Program-made: the position numbers and the translations under genes | The notes under the pieces: model-generated | Seen by the model: only the letters and a program-made list of their open reading frames with translations | What the model was told of the DNA's origin: nothing | Database searches by the model: none | Part shown: piece after piece, positions 50,953 to 60,163 of the stretch | Numbering within the stretch: the first letter of the stretch is position 1 | Layout: every line of letters starts with the position of its first letter | IMG/VR virus record: IMGVR_UViG_3300037010_001227 | Location: 149,190 to 213,189 of that record | Strand: one strand, 5' to 3' | DNA length: 64,000 bases

Positions 50953-51238
50953 GCGAAAGAAAATCTATCTCAAAGAAGCAAAAAGTTAAGATTTATAAAG
51001 CTAACAATAGACTTCAGACTATGTGGATGAAGTTGTCAACTAGAGTAAGAAAAAACAAAAAGAAAGATATAACACCATTGAGGGATGAATAAGTATACTA
51101 GGAATTATTGCACTTAGTTTTTGCAACTTATCTGTATAGTTATTCAGCTATACAATATGAGTATAATAGAACTTTAAATATATGGTTAGTATTGTTAAAT
51201 CTAACTTTATTTATAATTAGTCTTTATCAATTTCTCAA

Positions 51239-51778
51239 ATGATTTTACAACCACATAAAACGGCTATTAAGAGAAATAAGCCATCACGAATTGCTAAATA
51301 TATTGTTGAAACTATTATTCCTGAAACAGGTTTTAAATCAATACTAGATTATGGATGTGGAAAAGGTGATGATTGCAATTATTATTTTTCAAATGATTTA
51401 CTTACTAGTGGTTATGACCCCTATTACATTCCGCATCTGAATAATGAATTTAGATATGACATAGTTGCATTAACCTATGTGTTAAATGTAATAGATAATG
51501 AACAAGATAGAATATTAACATTTAAAAAAGCATTAGACAAAGTGAAACCTGGTGGTATTTTTGTTGTTACTGTAAGATCAGACAAATCTATCTTTTATCA
51601 GGCTTCTACAAAATCTTGGAAGTTTCATAATGATGGTTTTATTACATCAGAATCTAAAGGAACCTTTCAAAAAGGATTCTCAATACAAGATTTAATGTCA
51701 TATGCTAATTACTTTAACTTTACAAATGTAGAATCCATATTTGACGACGATTGTGTAAGTATCTTACTTAGGTGTTAA
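51239..51778 (+). CDS. Class I SAM-dependent methyltransferase
   Basis: HKTAIKR; ILDYGCGKG; GYDPY; YVLNVI; GTFQK. Confidence 0.85.
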   Translation: MILQPHKTAIKRNKPSRIAKYIVETIIPETGFKSILDYGCGKGDDCNYYFSNDLLTSGYDPYYIPHLNNEFRYDIVALTYVLNVIDNEQDRILTFKKALDKVKPGGIFVVTVRSDKSIFYQASTKSWKFHNDGFITSESKGTFQKGFSIQDLMSYANYFNFTNVESIFDDDCVSILLRC

Positions 51779-51780
51779 TT

Positions 51781-52303
51781 ATGAAGGTTTTAGTTGCATG
51801 TGAATTTCAGGTAGAGTAAGGAAGCAAAAGGTCACGATATTCTAAGTTATAATTTACTTCTAATTAAAATTCCTTGACCACATTATCAAGGTGATATTAA
51901 AGATATCATTACTGGTGGTTGAGATATAATGATTGCGCATCCACCTTGCACTTATCTGACTGTTTCTGGTGCAGCATGGTTTTAAAAAGAGCAAGCAGAA
52001 GCATTAGAATTTGTTAAACTTCTTATGAATGCACCAATTGAAAAAACTTGTGTTGAAAAATCCAGTCAGTATTATAAATACTAAACTAAAAACCCAACAC
52101 AAATTATTCAACCTTAGTAAATTGGTCATCCTGAATTAAAACGAACTTATCTCTGGTTAACAAACTTAGAACCATTAGTTCCAACTAATACTGTTGTTTG
52201 TAGAATATGTAACATTCTTAAAATGTCTCCACTAGATAGTTAGAAAGATAGTAGCAAAATTTACCACGGCATTGCAGATGCTATGACAAGTCAACGTGGT
52301 TAA
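51781..52303 (+). pseudogene. Phage-type C5 cytosine methyltransferase-like gene, multiply disrupted
   Basis: MKVLVACEF/SGRVREA, IAHPPCTYLTVSGAAWF, GIADAM; frameshifts and in-frame TGA codons. Confidence 0.75.
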
Positions 52304-52603
52304 AGTAAACCGACTTAACTGAAGATGAGCTTGAAGTTCATATTGGTAAAGTTGAGTTTATAGAACAACAAATAGAAAACACATACAACAACAGTGAGAA
52401 AGGGTTTGGAGAGAACAGGCCAGAAATCTTGGTAACTATGACTCTATTCTGAACAAGTTAAAAGAGATAAGAATAGATTGGTAGAAGAAAGACAAAACAA
52501 TTGGTTTAATAAACCCTAAGGAAAAGGCTAAGAAAACCATTCAATACTATCTTTCAAATAATTCTCAATATCAAAACTGTGAGTTGAAATCATAAAGGCT
52601 AAC

Positions 52604-53048
52604 ATAACAATAGGATTTTATCTAGGTAGTTTCAATCCACTTCATTTTAGTCATTAAGGTGTTATTGAAAAGGTATTAAAACTATTTGATATTACAGTTG
52701 TTGCACACGGTGTAAATCTAGAAAAGCATCAAGCTTTAAATGCTGAACAACCTATCAGAATTGCCATAAGTTTAAACTTAATGTTTGATTATAGAGTTCA
52801 TCTGATTAGGTTTTCTGGTCTTTGATTTATGGTTGATGCAATAAAAGATTACGAAACTGATGGAAGGTGGAAAATTATTACAGTAATTCAGTAATTATAA
52901 TGATTTACAATATGAAATGAACCAACAGTATTAGAATAAAGATTTAGGTCTTGGAATCCCTGTTGTATATTTTATTACAGATCAAAACCTGGCTCATATT
53001 AGCAGTTCAGTAATTAGAACAATAGAGCAACTCAAAAAGAAGGTATAG
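52604..53048 (+). pseudogene. coaD: Phosphopantetheine adenylyltransferase (CoaD)-like, disrupted
   Basis: IGFYLGSFNPLHFSH*GVIEKVLKLFD and AHISSSVIR; start mutated, internal stops. Confidence 0.7.
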
Positions 53049-54376
53049 TGATAACGGCGGAATTAGAAAAACTACATCAATCGAATTTCAAGTCTCTAAC
53101 AAAGGCTGGAGTTGACTGGTATAATATTGTAAAAAACAATCCTAAGTTATTAGAAAAATATTTATGCTATTTAAAACTAAAGTCTGAATATATCATGGTA
53201 AACATTGACTTTAGTCAGTTAGAATTATATGTTCTGGCATCTTTAAGTGGCGATCCAGATATGATTGCAACTGTGAACTCTGGACGAGACTTACATGATG
53301 TGAATACTGAAAAGGTGTATGGCATTAGCAAGTCTGAACGTGAAGCTGCTCATAAGCTGGCAGAAGCCAGGTTTAAAGAAAATCCCACAGAAGAGAACAA
53401 TAAGTTAGTTAAATCAGCAGAGATGCTATTAGAAGATTTCAAGACTAAACGTAAGTTTATTAAGGCTCTTAGTTTCTCCCTAACTTACGGAGCAGGAGCT
53501 AATAAGATTGCGAGAGACTTGAAGATTACAATGGCAGAAGCTTTAAAACTAATCAATGACTTCTACAACACATATCCAAAGGTAAAAGAATGGCAGGAAA
53601 AGACCTTCTTATTCGCCATTCGTAATGGATATGTAGAAACTCCTTTTGGTAGACAACGAGGAACTCCACGTATTCATAATAGAATGGATGCTTATGAAGC
53701 TCTGGTTTTAGAGAAGCCAGCAGTAATCAGTAAGTTAAAGAAAGCTGGAGAGTATTGGTCTTTACGAGAAGAACAAAAAGTTTGTAAAAATACTCCAGTT
53801 CAGTCTACTGCAACTGATATGTGTTCTTTATCTTTCTGTATTATTAGAAAAGAGTTCAGAAAGAATCTACTTCGTAGAGCTAATCCATTTTTCTGGGTTC
53901 ATGATGCTAACGTATTTTCCTCTCATATTGATACAGCAGTAGATAATATCAAATATGTTGTAGAAATCATGGAGAACAATGTTAAGTATAAAGGCGATCC
54001 AGTCAACTATCGTGCTGAAGCAGAAGTTGGTTATAATTACGAATACGTAGCTGGTATCAAACGTTCTGAGATTTACAGTGATGCTTTTACTAAAGAACTA
54101 ATTCTGAAGAAATTAGAAGAATCTTTAGTAGCTGATCTTAAAAAGAAGTTCAAGTTGGTTATCAAATCTACTGGCACTTCTATGGATAAAATTAAAGACT
54201 ATGTAGATGCACAACGAGAAGCTAAGGGCCAGTATTTCAACGATCTTGTGGAATCTCTTGGATTAGGTGTTTCTACTCCAGATAATTACATGGCATTAAT
54301 GAACCAAATGACTTTATCAGAATATATAGAAGCTGAAGAGACACGATTAGGTGAAGATGAGGAAGAAGATGAATAA
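53048..54376 (+). CDS. polA: Family A DNA polymerase, C-terminal part (motifs A, B, C)
   Basis: DFSQLELYVLA; RKFIKALSFSLTYG; ETPFGRQR; KNTPVQSTATD; WVHDA. Confidence 0.92.
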   Translation: MITAELEKLHQSNFKSLTKAGVDWYNIVKNNPKLLEKYLCYLKLKSEYIMVNIDFSQLELYVLASLSGDPDMIATVNSGRDLHDVNTEKVYGISKSEREAAHKLAEARFKENPTEENNKLVKSAEMLLEDFKTKRKFIKALSFSLTYGAGANKIARDLKITMAEALKLINDFYNTYPKVKEWQEKTFLFAIRNGYVETPFGRQRGTPRIHNRMDAYEALVLEKPAVISKLKKAGEYWSLREEQKVCKNTPVQSTATDMCSLSFCIIRKEFRKNLLRRANPFFWVHDANVFSSHIDTAVDNIKYVVEIMENNVKYKGDPVNYRAEAEVGYNYEYVAGIKRSEIYSDAFTKELILKKLEESLVADLKKKFKLVIKSTGTSMDKIKDYVDAQREAKGQYFNDLVESLGLGVSTPDNYMALMNQMTLSEYIEAEETRLGEDEEEDE

Positions 54377-54770
54377 AAGTTCTTATTAAAAGTATGGATT
54401 ATGCAGATGAATTTGGTATACATGGTTTATTGTATTAGACAAGGAAAATTTAATTATTATGACTCTAGGACTAAAGAATATTTCGACTTTAATAATGGAG
54501 CCGAAATTGATTATAGTTTTAGGACTAATGAATCTGTTGTTTTAGATTCTTAGTATAAGTGGGAATCTGCATTAATTGTAACAGATATTTCTGGTACTTA
54601 GGACGAGGTTCTTTAAAATTATTTGGTAAATGGGGCTTTGGACTAACATTTATTTTAGAACTTTCAGAACAGTTAGATTTTTTGGAAGATACTTAAGAAA
54701 TGAGTGGATGATAGTGGGCTATAGTTATTATTTTATTTTGTATTCGATAATTGTAAGTTAAAGGACTAAT

Positions 54771-55193
54771 ATGAATAATGAACCAAAACAAGTTATTGTT
54801 GTAAGAAAAGACTTACATATGAGGTCTGGAAAAATTGGAAGCCAGTGTGCCCACGCCTCTATGAAAGTTATTTTAGATGCTGGTATATATGAAACTAGAA
54901 ATAGATATAATAATGAACATCCAGAAAAAATAACATCATTTTCCATTGATTTAAGCGAGGTTCTTAAGCAATGGTTAGAAGGAAAATTTACTAAAATTGT
55001 AGTTAGTGTTGATTCAGAAGCAGAATTGCTTGAACTTCAAAAACAAGCAAAAGAAGCTGGTATTTTGAATGCTCTTATTACTGATTGTGGACTTACAGAG
55101 TTCCATAATGTTCCAACTAATACATGCCTAGCAATTGGCCCTGATTGGCCAGATAAAATTAACAACCTAACTGGACACTTAAAACTACTATAA
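54771..55193 (+). CDS. pth2: Peptidyl-tRNA hydrolase, Pth2 type
   Basis: KQVIVVRKDL.M..GK...QCAHA; F.KIVV; DCGLTE; TCLAIGP. Confidence 0.93.
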   Translation: MNNEPKQVIVVRKDLHMRSGKIGSQCAHASMKVILDAGIYETRNRYNNEHPEKITSFSIDLSEVLKQWLEGKFTKIVVSVDSEAELLELQKQAKEAGILNALITDCGLTEFHNVPTNTCLAIGPDWPDKINNLTGHLKLL

Positions 55194-55349
55194 TGGGATA
55201 CTTCTCACCAATAAATAGATGTTCATAACCATGCTGGTAATTGGAGTGTAGATCATAATACAACAATGAAATATAGTTTGACAAACTGTAGTATGTGTGA
55301 ACACTTGTTTGAATTACCAACTTATAAAAACGTATAATTTGTAGTATAT

Positions 55350-55805
55350 ATGGCGAGTGGCTTGGAAATCAAAATGAAAAATCTATATATAGACACAGAG
55401 TTCAACGGTTTCAATGGCCGTCTAATTTCAATGGCTATTGTCGCTGATCTTAATAACTATTTCTATGAAGTTATTGATATTGATGATGGCGAACCAATTG
55501 ATCCTTGGGTAGCACAAAATGTAATGCCCAAACTTAATCAGGAGCCACTAAAGAAATTATTTTTTCAGTCTAAACTGATTCTATTTCTAAATCAGTGGCC
55601 TGAAGTAAATATCATTGCAGATTGGCCGGATGATATTTCTCACTTCTGTAAGATTCTTATGACTCAGCCAGGAGTTAAGATCAGAACTCCTAGACTTCAT
55701 TTTGAAGTTAATCCAGACCTTAAAGATGTAATTTCTGAATTGCCACATAACGCTTTAGAAGATGCTAAAGCTATCTATAAATCCAGTTGGGACTACGACG
55801 AATGA
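55350..55805 (+). CDS. DEDDh 3'-5' exoribonuclease (Rv2179c-like; likely start ATG 55374)
   Basis: YIDTEF; LISMA; HNALEDA. Confidence 0.8.
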   Translation: MASGLEIKMKNLYIDTEFNGFNGRLISMAIVADLNNYFYEVIDIDDGEPIDPWVAQNVMPKLNQEPLKKLFFQSKLILFLNQWPEVNIIADWPDDISHFCKILMTQPGVKIRTPRLHFEVNPDLKDVISELPHNALEDAKAIYKSSWDYDE

Positions 55806-56125
55806 GATACGCAATACTCTGTCTGGCAAATGGAGAATATATTAGAACAAAATCTCCAGCTATTTTTAGATTTTGTGAAACTTTTGTAAGAACTGAATCT
55901 AATTATGATACAATAATGCACAATTGGTATCGTAATGTCAATGAGACAAGAATAGAATTTACTACAAAAGAAGCTGCTGATTGGTTTATTAGACGTAGGT
56001 TATCTTTTAATCCAAATAGAAAAGAAAGTAGTAAGTTGATGGCAATGAATGAGTTGTTTGAATTCAATGGAATAAATCCTCTATCACGCAAAACTGAATA
56101 TGAAATTCATGAGATTCAAAATTGA
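55787..56125 (+). CDS. Small hypothetical protein, paralog of 6203..6439 (likely start ATG 55802)
   Basis: YAILCL; FTTKEAADWFIRRRL versus FITKEAVVLFIRDNL; TEYEI. Confidence 0.65.
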   Translation: MGLRRMRYAILCLANGEYIRTKSPAIFRFCETFVRTESNYDTIMHNWYRNVNETRIEFTTKEAADWFIRRRLSFNPNRKESSKLMAMNELFEFNGINPLSRKTEYEIHEIQN

Positions 56126-56253
56126 TTGATTTTTTAATATCTTTGGAAAAGTTTAAATAAACCAACAGACCATGTTTTTGGAGTTTCTACAACTTCAAAA
56201 TGTCCTCATTGTGGTAAATCTATTCGTAAATACTCTGGAACTGGACCTCGATA

Positions 56254-56619
56254 ATGAATACACTCGAAACAATTGAAACCCTTGAAAGAACTTTGCTACC
56301 ATTAATGAAGTTTTTAGCTCCTCAGCTTCAAGAGACTATCAATAAAGATATTGCAAATATTAAAGCTGAAGCAAAGTTGGAAAGGACACGAAATGAAGTT
56401 CTTCTTGAAACCATTGAACGACAAGATAACACAATAGAAGAACTTGAATCTCATATTTCTTTATTGGAAGCAAAAACAGAAGAAGAAGAATCTGACTATA
56501 ATGATCTGTTGACAGTAATAGATGATTGTTATAAGTTTGGATATAATGCGGATCGACTTGAAAAAATCAATGATGAGTACCGAATTCTCTGTCTTAATGT
56601 AAAGGAAGTGGTTCTATGA
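56254..56619 (+). CDS. Coiled-coil hypothetical protein
   Basis: Heptad-like E/L-rich ORF. Confidence 0.7.
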   Translation: MNTLETIETLERTLLPLMKFLAPQLQETINKDIANIKAEAKLERTRNEVLLETIERQDNTIEELESHISLLEAKTEEEESDYNDLLTVIDDCYKFGYNADRLEKINDEYRILCLNVKEVVL

Positions 56620-56840
56620 ATAATGAATTAGCAAAAGGTTTTGATATTGTATTCACACCAAATGAATGCAAGGCACAGATTCTAACTGTGTATCGTGATT
56701 ATTACTATCTTCTTTGGTCTGGTAATAATCCCACTTATTATCGTGAAGCAGAGAAGATTAAGAAACTCCATAATGACCTACTTCAGAGCTGTATTCTAGG
56801 TGGAGTTCTAGACGAAGACGAATGGGAGATGCTAGAGTAG
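56616..56840 (+). CDS. Hypothetical protein
   Basis: ATGA overlap. Confidence 0.65.
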   Translation: MNNELAKGFDIVFTPNECKAQILTVYRDYYYLLWSGNNPTYYREAEKIKKLHNDLLQSCILGGVLDEDEWEMLE

Positions 56841-56849
56841 TGGTGTAGT

Positions 56850-57570
56850 TAGTTCATAAATAGTTTTACATAAAATAATAAAATATTCCATGGTAAATAT
56901 TATATTTATGGACTCATTGAACGTTATCTATAGTGTATCCTTTTGAGGAGTCAATTCTGTACAAACTAGCGGTGTTGTTATAAATTTGTTTGTCTGCTCT
57001 CCGTCTACTAGTGCCAGAAACTACAGGTAACTTAGTAAAAGCACACAAAGAGTGCTGATTTTATAATAATAAAGTAACTTCTTCTATTGTTATTAAAAAT
57101 GAAATGACTCTTCATTCATCCCTCTTTTAACACTCGTAAAATATCTTTTACTTACAAAATCAGTTCCTTTGTATTGCGGATGTTCTTTTTCTTTGTATTA
57201 TTTCTACACTTGATATAACAATTTGCTTTATAAAAGAACTTTTAGTAGCAATATACGTATTTCCACAAAAACATTCCACCTTTAATTTAGAAGATCTACT
57301 GGAATCTTTTTCTTCATTTACTATGCCAATGACTGTTAAATTACTGTGTGTATTTCATACATTAAAGCAGCACATTGTTTACATACTCTACCACTGAAGA
57401 TAGCTCTTTAACTGGACTATATTAAAAAAGGGTTTAATTATATTTCCGCACTTACATTTTTTGCTATTAATGATATACGGTGAATTTTCAATGATTAAAT
57501 TACCATATATCACCTATGTGAACTTGTTTATAAAAAATCATCTTTTTATGTATATTAATTCATCATATAT
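56850..57570 (-). pseudogene. HNH endonuclease, heavily decayed
   Basis: KCKCGN; TASLYRIDSSKGYTIDNVQ*VHK (from ASLDRIDSSKGY...NVQWVH). Boundaries approximate. Confidence 0.75.
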
Positions 57571-57578
57571 GGAGAAAT

Positions 57579-58187
57579 ATGTCCAAACCAATCATTGGTG
57601 TAGATTTGGATGATGTAATCTACCCATTTACTACAGAGTTTATGAAGTTTGTCAACAAACAATTAGGTGTAGACAAGACTATTAAAAACTGTCTTGTTTA
57701 TAGCCTAGCTGTAACATATGGGATTCCAGAACAGCAGATTTATGATTTTATTGCCTTATTTATGAATACCAGAGCAGCAAAGAATGCTCTACCAATTCCT
57801 GGAGCAAGAACTTCACTAAAAACACTAAAAGAACATTACGATGTTCATATTGTTACAGCCAGACCAGAAACATTAAATAAGGATACACGAAACTGGCTTG
57901 ATAAAGATTTTAAAGATCTTTATTCAGATATTCATTATTGTAGTTTTTACAGTTTGGGTGATAAAAAGGAAGTAAAACTATCAAAAACAGATGTTTGTAA
58001 ACAACTAAACGCTTTTTGTCTTGTTGATGATAATGTTTGGAATGCCACCGATTTCCATAGAGCTGGATTTTTAGGCGTTTTATTTGGAAACTATCCTTGG
58101 CAAAGTTCTGCTGAACGTGATATAGTAAAAGCATCTAACTGGGCTGAAGTTAAGCAAATATTGGTTGGTAAGGAACATTTAGTATAG
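57579..58187 (+). CDS. 5'(3')-deoxyribonucleotidase-like HAD
   Basis: GVDLDDVI; IVTAR; K..VC; LVDDN. Confidence 0.85.
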   Translation: MSKPIIGVDLDDVIYPFTTEFMKFVNKQLGVDKTIKNCLVYSLAVTYGIPEQQIYDFIALFMNTRAAKNALPIPGARTSLKTLKEHYDVHIVTARPETLNKDTRNWLDKDFKDLYSDIHYCSFYSLGDKKEVKLSKTDVCKQLNAFCLVDDNVWNATDFHRAGFLGVLFGNYPWQSSAERDIVKASNWAEVKQILVGKEHLV

Positions 58188-58410
58188 TAAGAGTATTAAT
58201 TTCTGAGACTAGTAATGGTAATTTTAAAGAACTTGATTTAACGGATTATTTACAAGATAATCTAAGCTTAGATATTAGTGTAATTCGAGGAAATCATGGT
58301 TCTAGACTATCTATAAAATTATTGTTAGACGAAGAATATAAACACGGAGTTTATAAACCAGTTGAACTGTGTGAAAACTCGATAGACATAAAAGGTATTG
58401 TGGAGGATTA

Positions 58411-59109
58411 ATGAAGGTTCTTGTAACATCTGGTGGAACTAAGATTAAAATTGATATGGTTCGTTCTATTACTAATATGAGTAAAGGAACATTTGGAGCA
58501 AAAATCGCAGAAGCTTTTCTACTCCAAGATTCTGAATTAGACGTAGTATTTCTTCATGCGAAAGGTTCTAGATTGCCTTTTGATGAAGCTGATGACTATT
58601 TTGAAAAATATTCAAAGAGTGTTGAGTTCGTAGAATATGAGACTTTTACTGATTACCAAGACAGACTAGATGAACAACTTAAGCTACAACCAGACATTGT
58701 TGTTCTAGCTGCTGCTGTATCTGACTATGGTGTGGCAAATTATGTTAGTGGTAAAATTCGAAGTAAAGAATCTATGACTATTGAATTAACACCACTACCA
58801 AAGCTCATCAGCACAGTAAGAGATACATGTCCAACTGCTGTTATTTGCGGATTTAAACTTCTTGTTAATTCTACACAGGGAGAATTACTTGTAGCTGGAA
58901 TGGAATCTTTGTTTAAAAACAGACTTGACTTAGTTGTTGGAAATGATCTTCGTGACATCAAGGCAAATAACCACAAGCTGACCATCATAGAAGGAACTAC
59001 TAGTGATTGGAAAGCTACTGTATATAAGAAGCATGAGCATAGTCTTCCGAATGTTGTAGTTAACAAGTGTTTTGAACATTTACATATTGAGCGGTGCAGC
59101 GAGCTATGA
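58411..59109 (+). CDS. coaB: Phosphopantothenate-cysteine ligase (CoaB-like)
   Basis: VLVTSGGT.IKIDMVRSITNMSKGTFG; LAAAVSDY; GFKL; VVGN. Confidence 0.85.
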   Translation: MKVLVTSGGTKIKIDMVRSITNMSKGTFGAKIAEAFLLQDSELDVVFLHAKGSRLPFDEADDYFEKYSKSVEFVEYETFTDYQDRLDEQLKLQPDIVVLAAAVSDYGVANYVSGKIRSKESMTIELTPLPKLISTVRDTCPTAVICGFKLLVNSTQGELLVAGMESLFKNRLDLVVGNDLRDIKANNHKLTIIEGTTSDWKATVYKKHEHSLPNVVVNKCFEHLHIERCSEL

Positions 59110-60155
59110 TGAATATCCTCTTAGGAATAACAGGTAGTGTAGCAGCTACCTTAATTGATAAGTTAACCAAAGAATTTATAGGTCGAGGTCATGACATTAG
59201 AATAGTAGTGACTGACAGAGCTTTCCAATTCTTACCTTCAGAAACTTATCAATTCTATTATGCTGACTCAGATGAGTTCTATCGACCTGGAGAATATCAA
59301 AAGGATGGACTTGTCACGCATATTGATCTTCGTGATTGGGCAGACGTTTTCATAATAGCTCCTTGTAGTGCAAATACCATGGCTAAATTAGCTAACGGTA
59401 TATGCGACAATCTTCTTACCTCTATAGCAAGAGCTTGGGACTATAAGAAGCCCTTCTATATCGCTCCAGCTATGAACACGTTAATGTGGACTAATCCAAT
59501 GACAAAAATCCACATTGACTTTCTTTCAAAAACATTTGGAATAAAAACTATCTGGCCGACATCAAATAAACTTGCTTGTGGTCAATGTGGAATCGGAGCG
59601 ATGGCTCATGTTCATACAATTGCCAATATAGTTGAAGGACATAAGTGGTATATGCCTATTAGTTTTTATGGTCATAATACATTCCTTCCAGAATATCCTC
59701 ATCCAGGAGCTTTTGGAACTACACGAGCAAAATACAACCATACCGGAGTAGACATTTATAGTGATTTATGTCATAGTATAAATGCGGTTGAAGATGGAAT
59801 TGTAGTAGCAATAGAACCATTTACTGGAACTGCTGTAAATATGCCTTGGTGGAATGATACATATCATATTACCATAAAAGGTAAGTCTGGCCTTGTTGTT
59901 TATGGAGAACTCAACCCACATGACTGGATAAAAGTTGGTAGTGAACACAAAGCTGGATATTGTGTTGGATATGTAGAAAAAGTAATTAAAAATAGTCCAG
60001 AAATTCAGCCGGATAATTGGCGGCCAAATATGTTACATATTGAACTACTACATCCAGATGCACCTTGTGTAACAGCATTAGATTGGCCGTTAAATACAAG
60101 TAAACAATCGTATTTGTTAGACCCAACACCATATTTAAAACTATCTCAAAATTAG
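59094..60155 (+). CDS. coaC: PPC decarboxylase (CoaC, HFCD flavoprotein) fused to an M23-peptidase-like domain
   Basis: GITGSVAA; HIDLRDWAD; APCSANT.AK; PAMN; LACG..G.G; then HPGAFG...HTGVD...YGEL...LHIE. Confidence 0.85.
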   Translation: MQRAMMNILLGITGSVAATLIDKLTKEFIGRGHDIRIVVTDRAFQFLPSETYQFYYADSDEFYRPGEYQKDGLVTHIDLRDWADVFIIAPCSANTMAKLANGICDNLLTSIARAWDYKKPFYIAPAMNTLMWTNPMTKIHIDFLSKTFGIKTIWPTSNKLACGQCGIGAMAHVHTIANIVEGHKWYMPISFYGHNTFLPEYPHPGAFGTTRAKYNHTGVDIYSDLCHSINAVEDGIVVAIEPFTGTAVNMPWWNDTYHITIKGKSGLVVYGELNPHDWIKVGSEHKAGYCVGYVEKVIKNSPEIQPDNWRPNMLHIELLHPDAPCVTALDWPLNTSKQSYLLDPTPYLKLSQN

Positions 60156-60163
60156 GAGAAATA

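Noticed and set aside
45541-53195. Split intein or group I intron joining the polA halves
   Set aside because: No intein N-terminal C/S block or C-terminal HN; no recognisable group I core at either junction; both halves continue as ordinary-looking protein extensions.
59094-59640. CoaC-like flavoprotein as a LanD acting on motif proteins 3 and 4, which end in Cys
   Set aside because: It keeps the LACG motif typical of PPC decarboxylases, overlaps a coaB-like gene and lies 35 kb away; only two of eight members end in Cys.
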